Origin: Candidatus Saccharimonadota bacterium | GTDB taxonomy: Bacteria > Patescibacteriota > Gracilibacteria > BD1-5 > UBA6164 | Reading direction: 5' to 3' | NCBI GenBank assembly: GCA_965229705.1 | Contig: OZ245922.1 | Span: forward strand, 900,001-932,000 | Length of the DNA: 32,000 nt | Shown: piece after piece, positions 13,334 through 23,111 of the stretch | Layout: each line of letters begins with the position of its first letter | How positions within the stretch are numbered: position 1 is the stretch's first letter | Made by a program: the position numbers and the translations under genes | Notes under the pieces: model-generated | Database searches by the model: none | What the model was told of the DNA's origin: nothing | What the model saw: only the letters and a program-made list of their open reading frames with translations

Positions 13334-14401
13334 ATGAACTATATTTGATCAAAAAAATCCTTATTAGAATTTATAGAAAGTTCTATAGCAAAAGTGGTGA
13401 AAGAGAAAGATTATAAATTTTCTGATCTTTTTGCTGGTACTTGAATAGTATGAAGATATTTTAAAGAAAAATGACATAGCGTTATAGCTAATGACTTACA
13501 GTATTATAGCTATGTGATAAATAAAAACTATATAGAAAATCACAAACCCTTAGAGTTTAAAGGTTTATTTGATATTATTGAGTGATTAAAAGATACTGAA
13601 ATACTAGAAAGAAATAATTTAGTACTAAATTATTTAGATTTATTAAAATGAAAAAAGGGATTTATTTATAAAAACTATTCTATTTGATGAACTAAATGAC
13701 AAGAACATGAAAGAATGTATTTCAGTGATGAAAATGCAATGAAGTGTGATGCTATTAGAACGCAAATAGAAAATTGGAAAAAATTAAAATCAATAGATGA
13801 AAATGAATACTATTTTTTACTAGCTAGCTTATTAGAAAATATAGATAAAGTAGCAAACACGGCTTCCGTTTATGGAGCTTTTTTAAAGAAATTAAAAAGG
13901 TCTGCACAAGCTTTAATGAGTTTAAAACCAGCTAATTTCTTCTTAAATGATCATGAACATCTAGTTTATAATTCTGATGTAAATGAGTTAGTAAAAAACA
14001 CATCTCATGATGTTGTATATTTAGATCCTCCATACAATGAAAGGCAGTATAGTGCAAACTATCATTTACTTGAAACAATTGCAAAATACGATAATCCTCA
14101 AATAAAGTGAAAAACTTGAATAAGAGATTATAAGGAACAAAAATCACTATATTGTAAAAAAGTAGAAGTAAAAAAATCATTTAGAGATTTAATTCAAAAT
14201 ATAGATGCTAAGTATGTGTTTTTAAGTTATAACTGCGAGGGGCTAATGAGTTTTGACGACATTAAGAAGATCATGTCAGAAAGATGAAAATATTGAGTAT
14301 TTACAAAAAAGTACAGAAGGTTTAAAGCCGATAAAACAGAATCAAGAAGCCATAAGAAAGATAGTGTAATCGAGTATTTGCATTATATTATTATCAGCTA
14401 A
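13334..14401 (+). CDS. Dam-family (D12 class, alpha) N6-adenine DNA methyltransferase, 355 aa, 13 UGA-Gly codons
   Basis: Frame checked codon by codon. MNYIGSKKSLLEFIE (YxGxK), DLFAGTGIVG (motif I), VVYLDPPYNERQYSANYH (DPPY motif IV), and the C-terminal YVFLSYNCEGLMS typical of this family. Confidence 0.85.
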
Positions 14402-14418
14402 TCTTATGTTAGCCTCAA

Positions 14419-14450
14419 AATAATCCCCTCTTTTGGAGGGGATTATTTTT
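14419..14450 (+). terminator. Rho-independent terminator ending the R-M island
   Basis: Perfect 12-bp stem aataatcccctc / gaggggattatt, loop ttttg, followed by additional T residues. Confidence 0.8.
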
Positions 14451-14463
14451 GCTAAAAATTCTT

Positions 14464-14491
14464 TTGACAATCAATAATTATTTCATAGAAT
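14464..14491 (+). promoter_or_regulatory. sigma70-type promoter for the ribosomal-protein operon
   Basis: TTGACA (14464-14469), 16-nt spacer, TAGAAT (14486-14491). It would give a leader of about 115 nt before the rplC ATG. Confidence 0.6.
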
Positions 14492-14533
14492 CTCCGAGCT
14501 TTAAAAACTTCCCCTCAAATTAGCGGGAAACTC

Positions 14534-14597
14534 AGAGGTTACGTTAAACTGTTTCATTAAAACTATGGAAATAAGTTTAACCTCTAACTTTATTTTT
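14534..14597 (+). promoter_or_regulatory. Structured 5' leader hairpin plus U-run upstream of rplC (possible attenuator or autoregulatory element)
   Basis: agagg (14534-38) pairs with cctct (14581-85). ttaaact (14544-50) pairs with agtttaa (14574-80). gtttc (14551-55) pairs with ggaaat (14667-region equivalent 14568-72). There is a 5-nt bulge. The stem is followed by aacTTTATTTTTg. Confidence 0.35.
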
Positions 14598-14613
14598 GTA
14601 AGAAAACTCGAAT

Positions 14614-15216
14614 ATGGCAGGAATGCTCGCTCGAAAAATCGAGATGACACGAGTAATAAAGAACGATAAATTTGTTCCTATAACACTCTTAGAAATACCA
14701 AGTATGCAAGTACTTGGTTATAAAACACAAGAAAAAGATGGATACTCAGCTATGATTGTAGGTATCTCAGGAGAAACAGAGGCAAAACTCAAAAAAGGGA
14801 AAAAAGCCCTTTCGGCTCGTGATTTTTCTGTGGTAAAAGAATTTACAATTCAGCCAGCTGAAGAAAACGAAAAAGCAGTAGGAGCGACAATTGGTTTTAC
14901 GGATTTAGAATGAGTGGAAAGCGTTGGTATTACATGAGTATCAAAAGGACGCGGATTTGCAGGAGCTATGAAAAGGCATAATTTTCACGGTGGTCCTGCT
15001 GGTCATGGTTCAAAATTCCACAGAGCCCTTGGTTCTATAGGGAACAGGAAACCAACACGAACACATAAAGGAAAAAAGATGCATGGGCATTACGGAGTTG
15101 ACCAAGTATCACTTCGAAGTGTCCCTCTAGAGCTTGTCAATGAAAATGCTGGTATTATCGGAGTACGAGGACCAGTTCCAGGTGGAAGACATTCACTTGT
15201 TCAATTATTTTTTTAA
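14614..15216 (+). CDS. rplC: 50S ribosomal protein L3 (200 aa, 2 UGA-Gly)
   Basis: MAGMLARKIEMTRVI...GVSKGRGFAGAMKRHNFHGGPAGHGSKFHRALGSIGNRKPTRTHKGKKMHGHYG. Joins track ORFs 14614-14913 and 14968-15216, which are in the same frame. Confidence 0.95.
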
Positions 15217-15225
15217 TGAGAGGTG

Positions 15226-15855
15226 ATGATGAAAGTAAAAGTATATGATCTTACAGGAAAAGAAGCTGGAGAAGCTTCTCTCGATACAGGAGTCTTTGGT
15301 GTTGAATTAAATGAGGGACTTGTGCATCGAGCACTTCTTATGCAATTGGCAAATGCTCGAGTTGCTGTTGCTCATACCAAAACGCGATGAGAGAGAAGAG
15401 GTTCAACACGAAAACTTTTTAGGCAAAAATGAACAGGAAGGGCTCGAGCTTGAGCATCGAGATCTCCTATCAGAAAAAAAGGATGAGTTGTTTTTGGTCC
15501 AAGAAACAATAGGAATTTTACACTTTCTATGAATAAGAAAGAGCGTCAAAAGGCTCTCTTTTGTGTACTTTCTCAAAAAGCAACATCTAACGCTCTTGTT
15601 GTAGTGCGTAAGATGGAACTCAAAGAGATAAAAACAAAAACGATGAATACCGTTATGCAATCTCTTCCTGTAGGAAAGTCTTCTCTTATAGCTCTTGAGG
15701 ATAGAAATGAAAATGTAGAAAAATCAGCATCAAACCTCAAGAATGTGAAAACAATTTCTATACAGTATTTGAACATTGCTGATCTACTCAAGTATGAATC
15801 ACTTGTTGTTTCCGAACAGTGAGTGAAAGCCCTGAACGCTCTTGTAGCGAAATAA
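15226..15855 (+). CDS. rplD: 50S ribosomal protein L4 (209 aa, 5 UGA-Gly)
   Basis: MMKVKVYDLTGKEAGE...[41 protein letters not shown]. The start could instead be the second ATG at 15229. Confidence 0.93.
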
Positions 15856-15877
15856 TTTTATCTAAAAAACGAGAACT

Positions 15878-16174
15878 ATGAGACTTTTGAAAATTTTACT
15901 CAAACCGATTATCACAGAGAAAACATCTACTCTCACAGGGAAAAGTGCTTCTTATGCTTTTGAGGTTCATTCTGATGCAACTAAGATTGATGTAAAAAAT
16001 GCTATCAAAGAACTCTATGGAGTAGAAGTAGCCCGAGTAAATATGCTCCACACCCGTCAAAAATTTAAGTATGGAAGAAAGAGAGGGATGCAAATACGAA
16101 AACGTGAAACAAAAAAAGCGTATATCACACTAAAAAAGGAGAAAGATGTTATAGATGTGACTCTCGTAAAATAA
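15878..16174 (+). CDS. rplW: 50S ribosomal protein L23 (98 aa)
   Basis: Intact track ORF. ILLKPIITEKTS...KIDVKNAIKELYGVEVARVNML, positioned between L4 and L2. Confidence 0.93.
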   Translation: MRLLKILLKPIITEKTSTLTGKSASYAFEVHSDATKIDVKNAIKELYGVEVARVNMLHTRQKFKYGRKRGMQIRKRETKKAYITLKKEKDVIDVTLVK

Positions 16175-16192
16175 TATTCAAAACGGGTAATG

Positions 16193-16217
16193 TATTATTT
16201 GTAATTTGTAATTTGTA
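16193..16217. repeat. tattatttgtaattt motif with three tandem atttgta heptamers
   Basis: atttgta occurs at 16197-16203, 16204-16210 and 16211-16217, immediately upstream of rplB. The 15-nt string tattatttgtaattt recurs exactly at 17075-17089. Confidence 0.7.
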
Positions 16218-16225
16218 AGAAAGCT

Positions 16226-17071
16226 ATGTGACTGAAAAAATTTAATCCTACGACAAATGGTCGACGATGAATGTCGGGTCTTGATTATGCAGAGATCACG
16301 ACAACAAGTCCTTATAAAGCGTTGACTCTCAATATAAAAAAGCACGCAGGAAGAAATAATACTGGGCGTATTACTATTAGGCATCAAGGAAGTGGGCATG
16401 CAAAAAAATACAGACTTGTAGATTTCTACATGACAGATAAGAAATCTATCCCAGCAAGAGTAGAGACAGTAGAATATGATCCGTATCGATCAGCGTTTAT
16501 TTCTCTTGTATGTTATAAGGATGGTGAGAGAAGATATATTCTCTCGCACAGTGAAATATCTGTTGGAGATGAAATTATAACAGAGGAAAAAGCAGCTTTA
16601 AAATCAGGAAATAGAATGGAGATAGGGAATATCCCAGTTGGCCTCAGTGTATATAATGTGGAACTTATTGTAGGACAGTGAGCAACAAGTGTTCGATCAG
16701 CAGGATCAAGTGCGCAAATTGTTTCTCAAGAAGGTCAGTTGACACAGCTTAAGATGCCTTCAGGGGAAATCAGATTTGTACACAAAAAGTGCTACGCGAG
16801 TCTCGGAAAAGTATCTAATGCTGATCATAACCAGGTAGTTATTGGAAAAGCCGGGAGAAGTAGATGGATGTGAAAAAGACCGACAGTTCGAGGAAAAGCA
16901 ATGAACCCTGTAGATCATCCACACGGGGGTGGTGAAGGACGATCTCCTATTGGTATGAAAGCACCAAAAACCCCTTGGGGAAAAGTTGCTCTTGGTCGCA
17001 AGACTCGAAACAAAAAGAATCCATCATCAAGATGGATACTCAAAACTAGAAAAGGAAAACTCCTTGTATAA
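16226..17071 (+). CDS. rplB: 50S ribosomal protein L2 (281 aa, 4 UGA-Gly)
   Basis: [25 protein letters not shown]...[37 protein letters not shown] falls on the conserved Gly of W-x-G-x-RP. Confidence 0.96.
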
Positions 17072-17074
17072 ATA

Positions 17075-17107
17075 TATTATTTGTAATTTTGAGACTCATA
17101 ATTTGTA
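17075..17107. repeat. Second copy of tattatttgtaattt plus a further atttgta heptamer
   Basis: tattatttgtaatttt at 17075-17090 and atttgta at 17101-17107, in the rplB-rpsS spacer. A related gtaatttgca lies at about 19531 upstream of rplN. Confidence 0.65.
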
Positions 17108-17123
17108 ACTTTATATTGAACCT

Positions 17124-17390
17124 ATGACACGAAGTTTAAAAAAATGACCATACATATATGATAGACTGGTAAGAAAGGTGGAAAAACTTAACGAGACCGG
17201 AAAAAAATCAGTAATAAAAACATGGTCAAGAGATTGTACTATCATTCCAGAATTTGTAGGACATACTTTTGGTGTTCATAACGGAAAGGCTCATACTCCA
17301 GTATTTGTTACAGAAGATATGGTAGGACACAAGTTAGGTGAGTTTTCTCTTACGCGCACCTTTCGATGACATTCTGGAAACAGAAAATAG
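17124..17390 (+). CDS. rpsS: 30S ribosomal protein S19 (88 aa, 2 UGA-Gly)
   Basis: [23 protein letters not shown]...[61 protein letters not shown] sits on the Gly of KKGP. Confidence 0.95.
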
Positions 17391-17423
17391 ATATAGATTA
17401 CTTTCGACTTTTAACTTTTTATT

Positions 17424-17750
17424 ATGAAAGCTTACGCAAAAAATATTCGAATTTCTCCGAAAAAACTCAGAGTTGTTGCTGAAGTTGTAAGAAATATGGA
17501 TGCTGGAGAAGCAATGAATTTTCTCAAGTTCGCACCAAAGAAATGAGCATGAATTCTCCATAAAGTTCTAAACTCTGCAGTCTCTAACGCAGTACATAAT
17601 GATAATCAAAAAAAAGAAAATCTTTCAGTTGAGACACTCATTATCACTAAAGGAGTAGTATATAAGAGAGGAAGACCTGTCTCAAGAGGACGAATGCATC
17701 CAATACTTAAAAGAACATCGAATGTATATCTAGAACTCCAAGTAAGATAA
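17424..17750 (+). CDS. rplV: 50S ribosomal protein L22 (108 aa, 2 UGA-Gly)
   Basis: MKAYAKNIRISPKKLRVVAEVVRNMDAGEAMNFLKFAPKKGAGILHKVLNSAVSNAVHN... Confidence 0.93.
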
Positions 17751-17836
17751 CAACCACATTATAGCAGAGAGTTATCCGTCAACGAGAAAGTTGCTAGACC
17801 TCTATAAAGATTTATTACCCTATAATACATAAAACT

Positions 17837-18487
17837 ATGTGACATAAAGTACACCCAATAGCATTTAGAATCCCCTATATCTTACCGTGGAAATCATCAT
17901 GGTATAAAGATAAGAAATGATATAGAGATTCTTTGAATACTGATATGAAGATACGAGAACTTCTTCAGTCTCAACTTACAGGTATTCCACTATGAGATAT
18001 TCTTATTTCACAGACGCAAGAAAGTGTGATTATTGATATTTTTACTTCCAAGGCTTCTCTGATATTATGAAAGACAGGAGAAAATGTAGAGAACATAAAA
18101 ACAAAACTCAGTAATACTTTTGGAGGAGTGTTTGTTATAAATGTAAAAGAAATCAAACAACCAGATCTCAATGCAAAAATAGTTGCTTTTAGTATTGCGA
18201 ATCAAATTGAGAAAAGAATGCCATATAAGAGAGCTATTAAGCAAGCTCTTTCCAAGGCAATGGAAAAGGGTGTCGGAGGAATCAAGATTAAGATTGGTGG
18301 AAGACTCAATGGAGCAGAAATAGCCCGCAAAGAAACATTTAAGGAGTGAAACATTCCAACACAAACAATGAGAGCAAATATTGATTATTGTACGCAGAGA
18401 GCAGAAACTATTTATGGAACTATAGGTCTAAAAGTTTGGGTTTATAAGTGAGATGTATTTAAGAAACATAAAAAGACGGATGCGTAA
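17837..18487 (+). CDS. rpsC: 30S ribosomal protein S3 (216 aa, 6 UGA-Gly)
   Basis: [23 protein letters not shown]...[39 protein letters not shown] is the second codon (MGxKxHP). Confidence 0.95.
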
Positions 18488-18584
18488 TATAATATCCTAA
18501 AAAATCTCTCAAAAAGAAGAAAAACGAGAAAACAAAAAATAAACTTGATTATAACAAAATCTTTATATACTTACTTCGCTTACA

Positions 18585-18989
18585 ATGCTACAACCAAAAA
18601 AAACAAAATATAGAAAACCAATGCGAGGTCGACTCAAGGGTTCTGCTCAGAGAGGATCTGATATCGCTTTTGGTGAATATGCAATAAAAGCAACTACGAG
18701 AGGTTTTATTACTTCTCGTCAGATAGAGTCAGCTAGGCGAGCAATGGTTCGTTATATTAAAAGAGGAGGAAAAATATGGATTCGTATATTTCCTGATAAG
18801 GCATTTACTGCCAAACCTCTTGAAGTTCCGATGGGTTGAGGAAAATGATCTGTGGAAATGTACAGAGCTCCAGTAAAACCTGGGAGAATACTCTTTGAAA
18901 TGACATGAGTATCCCCAGAAGTTGCTAGGGAAGCTTTTACGCTTGCTTCTTATAAGCTTCCAGTAAAGACAAAGATAATAGTTGACTAG
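18585..18989 (+). CDS. rplP: 50S ribosomal protein L16 (134 aa, 3 UGA-Gly)
   Basis: [24 protein letters not shown]...[44 protein letters not shown] falls on glycines of the MGxGKG motif. Confidence 0.96.
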
Positions 18990-19087
18990 TATCGATGACA
19001 GTTTAGTAAGAAAAGAAGTCTAAGAGTATAAAAGAGATACTCTAAAAAAGAAAAGTTTTCTCCTTTTACACGATAAACTTAAGAAAA

Positions 19088-19303
19088 ATGAAAGAAATAA
19101 AAGATCTGAAAATGCAAAAAGTAGCAGCTCTTGAAAAGATGGATGCAAATGCCCTCACTCAAGAACTCAAATCTGCAGAGAAGAATATGTATGTTTTGAA
19201 AATGAAACTTGCTATGGGAGAACTCAAACAGACACACCTAGTAAAGATTCTCCGAAGATATATAGCAATAATTCATACACGCCTTACTACTGTAAAAAAC
19301 TAA
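19088..19303 (+). CDS. rpmC: 50S ribosomal protein L29 (71 aa)
   Basis: Intact track [56 protein letters not shown], positioned between L16 and S17. Confidence 0.9.
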   Translation: MKEIKDLKMQKVAALEKMDANALTQELKSAEKNMYVLKMKLAMGELKQTHLVKILRRYIAIIHTRLTTVKN

Positions 19304-19307
19304 TTCT

Positions 19308-19529
19308 ATGAGAACGATAACAGGAACAGTGACAAGTATAAAAATGGATAAGACTATTGTAGTATCTGTTGATACTCGTAAGCGTCATCCAAAGTACAAA
19401 AAAGAGTATAAAGTCACAAAAAAGTTTTATGCTCACGATGAGAGTAATGCATGTAAGATCTGAGATACTATAAGTATTGTTGAGACAAAACCTCTCTCAA
19501 AACTGAAGAGATGGAAAACGGTCGCATAA
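19308..19529 (+). CDS. rpsQ: 30S ribosomal protein S17 (73 aa, 1 UGA-Gly)
   Basis: [73 protein letters not shown]. Confidence 0.94.
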
Positions 19530-19563
19530 TGTAATTTGCAAAAGATATTTATAAATAGAAATT

Positions 19564-19932
19564 ATGATACAAACAGAAACAAGACTGGTCGTAACAGATA
19601 ACTCATGAGCAAAAGAAGTTCTATGTATTAAAGTCCTTTGAGGATCTCATAGAAGATATGCTTCTATATGAGATATTATCGTTTGCTCTGTAAAAAAGGC
19701 AAGTCCAGATGGAAATATAAAAAAGAAAAAAGTAGTCAAAGCAGTCGTGGTAAGAACGTCGAAAGAAATACGAAGAGAAGATGGGAGTTATCTTCGCTTT
19801 GATGATAATGCTTGCGTGATTATTGGTGATGATGGAAACCCTAAAGGGACTCGTATTTTTTGACCAGTAGCAAGAGAATTAAAAGCAAAAGGATATAATA
19901 AAATTGTATCACTTGCTCCAGAAGTTTTATAA
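19564..19932 (+). CDS. rplN: 50S ribosomal protein L14 (122 aa, 4 UGA-Gly)
   Basis: [46 protein letters not shown]... TGA at 19606-19608 encodes the Gly of the invariant DNSGA motif. Other TGAs fall in VLGGS and IGDII. Confidence 0.97.
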
Positions 19933-19969
19933 CAAACAAAAGTTAAGATAATTTTATATAGTATATATT

Positions 19970-20320
19970 ATGAAAATTCGAACGTGAGACAATGTTGTGA
20001 TTATCTCTGGAAAAAGAGAATATAAGTGAAAAACTGCAAAAGTACTCCGTACTTTTCCGCAGTCACATAAGGTGTTGGTAGAAGGAGTAAATGTTGTAAC
20101 GCGACATATAAAAAAACAAGGAACACAAGCAGGACAAATTGTAAAAATGGAAAAAGCAATTGATGTTTCTAATGTGATGCTTGAGTGCCCAATAACACAA
20201 AAACCTACTCGTATAGGATATGTGATGGTAACAGAAAAATGAAATACAAAAAAGTTTCGTTACTCAAAGAAAGCCGTAAAAGAAAACAAGAAAGCTCCTC
20301 AAGACTGTATTATTAAATAA
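19970..20320 (+). CDS. rplX: 50S ribosomal protein L24 (116 aa, 3 UGA-Gly)
   Basis: MKIRTGDNVVIISGKREYKGKTAKVLRTFPQSHKVLVEGVNVVTRHIKK... Confidence 0.93.
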
Positions 20321-20336
20321 TTCTCAAAAAACGAAG

Positions 20337-20876
20337 ATGAATATGCAAGAAACATACAAAAAAGAGATGGTTCCAGCTCTTATGAAAGAACTTAATATTT
20401 CAAATATTATGGAAGTTCCAAAAATAGAAAAAATAGTTCTCAATATGGGTATTGGTACATATATCAGAAGCGGAAATAAAGATTACTCTATTCTTTTAGA
20501 GCATCTTGCGCTTATCTCTGGTCAAGCTCCAGTTGTCAAGAATGCACGAAAAGCAATATCAAACTTTAAGCTTCGAGCAGGTATGCCAGTAGGTTTAACA
20601 GTCACTTTGAGAGGAGAGAATATGTATGCTTTTTTAGAAAAACTTGTTCATATAGTTCTCCCTCGTGTAAGAGATTTTCGTGGTATATCTCCAAAGTCTT
20701 TTGATGGAGAAGGAAACTATAACTTTGGGATTAAGGAACATACTATTTTCCCAGAAGTTCCACAGGATGATGTCGTAAAAAATCACGGTATTCAAATTAC
20801 CGTTAAAACGACAGCAAAAAATAAAGATGCTGGAAAAGCACTTTTAGATCAAATGGGATTTCCATTTGCAAAATAA
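20337..20876 (+). CDS. rplE: 50S ribosomal protein L5 (179 aa)
   Basis: Intact track ORF. ...VPKIEKIVLNMGIG...NARKAISNFKLRAGMPVGLTVTLRGENMYAFLEKLVHIVLPRVRDFRG... Confidence 0.96.
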   Translation: MNMQETYKKEMVPALMKELNISNIMEVPKIEKIVLNMGIGTYIRSGNKDYSILLEHLALISGQAPVVKNARKAISNFKLRAGMPVGLTVTLRGENMYAFLEKLVHIVLPRVRDFRGISPKSFDGEGNYNFGIKEHTIFPEVPQDDVVKNHGIQITVKTTAKNKDAGKALLDQMGFPFAK

Positions 20877-20901
20877 TATTTTATTTATAAGAGAAACCAG
20901 T

Positions 20902-21126
20902 ATGGCAAGAAAATCAAAAATTGCAAAAGCGAAAAGACTCAAAAAAGAGTATCTTCATGCACTTTCTTTAGGGAAAAAACCAAAGTTTGCTACAAAAGTA
21001 TTTAATTGTTGTAGTGTTACGTGAAGAACTCGATGATATCTTGGAAAGTTTGGTATTTCGAGAATCGTTTTTCGAGAAAAAGCTAATGCTGGGGAACTCC
21101 CATGAGTTCGAAAATCAAGCTGGTAA
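20902..21126 (+). CDS. rpsN: 30S ribosomal protein S14 (74 aa, 3 UGA-Gly)
   Basis: MARKSKIAKAKRLKKEY...[40 protein letters not shown]. The C-terminus is diagnostic. Confidence 0.92.
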
Positions 21127-21163
21127 AAAGAGATACGTTTTAGTTTTATAATTATTGAATAGT

Positions 21164-21553
21164 ATGATTATGGATCCGATAGGAGATTTACTCACTCGAA
21201 TACGAAATGCATATCTTGCTCGCATGTCACAAGTGCATATTCCATACTCACGAATGAAAGCTGATATATTAAAGATTTTGAAAAAAAATAAATATATTGC
21301 TGATTATAGTGAGGTGCAAGGAACAAAGAGAGAATTGGTAGTAACACTCAATAATGTTCGAAAAACGCTGAGTATTCCAAATTTTAAAAGAATATCTCGC
21401 CCAGGGCAGAGAATCTATCTTGGAAGTAAGGATATTAAAAAATCTCGTAATGGGAGTGGGATATATATTGTGTCTACGCCAAAAGGAGTTATTACAGGAT
21501 ATGAGGCAAGGAGTCTGAACGTTGGTTGAGAGCTTTTGTGTGAAGTATTCTAG
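21164..21553 (+). CDS. rpsH: 30S ribosomal protein S8 (129 aa, 1 UGA-Gly)
   Basis: MIMDPIGDLLTRIRNAYLARMSQVHIPYSRMKADILKILKKNKYIADY...[30 protein letters not shown]. ATG 21164 is preferred to the TTG at 21155 used by the ORF track. Confidence 0.94.
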
Positions 21554-21604
21554 CAGTGAAGATACAATAAAAATACGAAATCTATATATTTATAATTGAT
21601 TAAT

Positions 21605-22144
21605 ATGTCTAGAGTAGGAAAACTTCCGATAGAAATACCAAACTCCACTGAGGTCAGTGTAAAAGATGGAGTTGTTCATGTAAAAGGACCAAAAGGATCT
21701 CTTGATTTTTCCTTTTCTGCTAAGATTGAAGTACAGGTAGAAGAAACACAAGTAGTTGTAAGCCCAAAAGATGATGAAGCAAAGGCTCTTTGGGGAACGA
21801 CGCGATCTATTATTGCAAATATGTTGAAAGGGGTTTCTGAATGATTTACCAAAAGCTTAGAGATACAAGGTGTTGGGTATAAGTTTGAAATGCAAGGAAA
21901 AAAACTCATTCTCTCTATCGGTTATTCTCACAAAGTTGATATGAATATCCCTGAAGATCTGACGGTCTCAATGGATGAAAAACTCAAAAATACCATTCAT
22001 ATAACAGGAATCGATAAACAGCGAGTAGGGCAATTTGCATCAAAGGTAAAGGCAAAGAAAAAACCAGAACCATATAAGGGAAAGGGTATTCGTTATCTTG
22101 GAGAACATGTACGCAGAAAGGCTGGTAAAACAGGAGCGAAATAA
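21605..22144 (+). CDS. rplF: 50S ribosomal protein L6 (179 aa, 1 UGA-Gly)
   Basis: MSRVGKLPIEIPNSTEVSVKDGVVHVKGPKGSL...[36 protein letters not shown]...KPEPYKGKGIRYLGEHVRRKAGK. Joins two same-frame track ORFs. Confidence 0.95.
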
Positions 22145-22195
22145 ACAGGGGCTTCAAGAGAGTAGAAACTAAATTTTAAACTTTAAATTGTGAAA

Positions 22196-22537
22196 ATGTT
22201 ACAAAAACAAGTAAATAGAATCCGAAGAAAAAAAAGGGTACGATCACAAATTGTTGGAACGAGTGTAAAACCGCGTCTTTCAGTGTTTCGAAGTACTAGT
22301 CATATTTATGCTCAAGTTGTAGATGATATTTCATGAAAAACGCTTCTCAGTGCGAGTGATATAAAGATGGCAAAATGAACAAAGATAGAAAAAGCAGCAA
22401 GTGTGTGATCAGAGATAGCGAAAAAAGCTACATGACTCAAAATTACGACTCTTGTTTTTGATAGATGAGGTTTTGCCTATCATGGCAGAGTAAAGGCTCT
22501 TGCAGAAGCTGCAAGACAGTGAGGATTACAATTTTAA
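22196..22537 (+). CDS. rplR: 50S ribosomal protein L18 (113 aa, 6 UGA-Gly)
   Basis: [54 protein letters not shown]...[28 protein letters not shown]. An in-frame GTG at 22190 is an alternative start. Confidence 0.93.
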
Positions 22538-22557
22538 TTTCTATTACTTTTTAGCAT

Positions 22558-23043
22558 ATGTCAGGAGAAGAGAACAGAACTCCAAGGAAAGGAGGAAGAA
22601 AAGATTCTTTTAAACCAAAAAAAGAATTTCATGAAGAGCTTCTTTCAATAGATAGAGTAACAAGAGTGACTGCAGGTGGTCGCCAACTTCGTTTTCGCGC
22701 AGTCATGGTTATTGGTGATGGAAAAGGACAAGTAGGTCTATGAACAGGAAAGAGCTGGGAAGTAGTAGACGCGATTGCAAAAGCGATTGCAAACGCAAAA
22801 AAACACCTTACACATGTCAAGATTGAAAACGGAAGTATTCCATATAATGTTGAGGCAAAGTTTAAGGCAGCAAAAATCATGCTTCATCCAGCATCAAAAG
22901 GTACGGGAGTTATTGCTGGGGGGTCTGCTCGTAAAGTTCTTGCCGTAGCGGGATACAGCGATATTTTAGCAAAGAGATATGGTTCTTCAAATCTTTTGAA
23001 TAACGCAAAAGCGACACTAAAAGCACTGAGTTCTTTTAAGTAA
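22558..23043 (+). CDS. rpsE: 30S ribosomal protein S5 (161 aa, 1 UGA-Gly)
   Basis: ...LLSIDRVTRVTAGGRQLRFRAVMVIGDGKGQVGLGTGKSWEVVDAIAKAIANAKKHL...ASKGTGVIAGGSARKVLAVAGYSDILAKRYGSSN. Confidence 0.95.
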
Positions 23044-23111
23044 CTCAGCTTTCCTCTAGTCTGTAATTTCTAATAAGAGGAAAAACACAAGAATATAAAT
23101 AAATTCGTATT

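Noticed and set aside
11497-14430. Shared aaataatcc strings near both ends of the R-M island as possible insertion-site duplications
   Set aside because: There are only 9 nt in common, in AT-rich DNA, and each string is part of a different local hairpin. This is insufficient evidence for target-site duplication or terminal repeats.
16193-16217. Tandem heptamers as a CRISPR-like or minisatellite array
   Set aside because: There are only three 7-nt units with no spacers. This is far too short for CRISPR, and no repeat-spacer array exists anywhere in the window.
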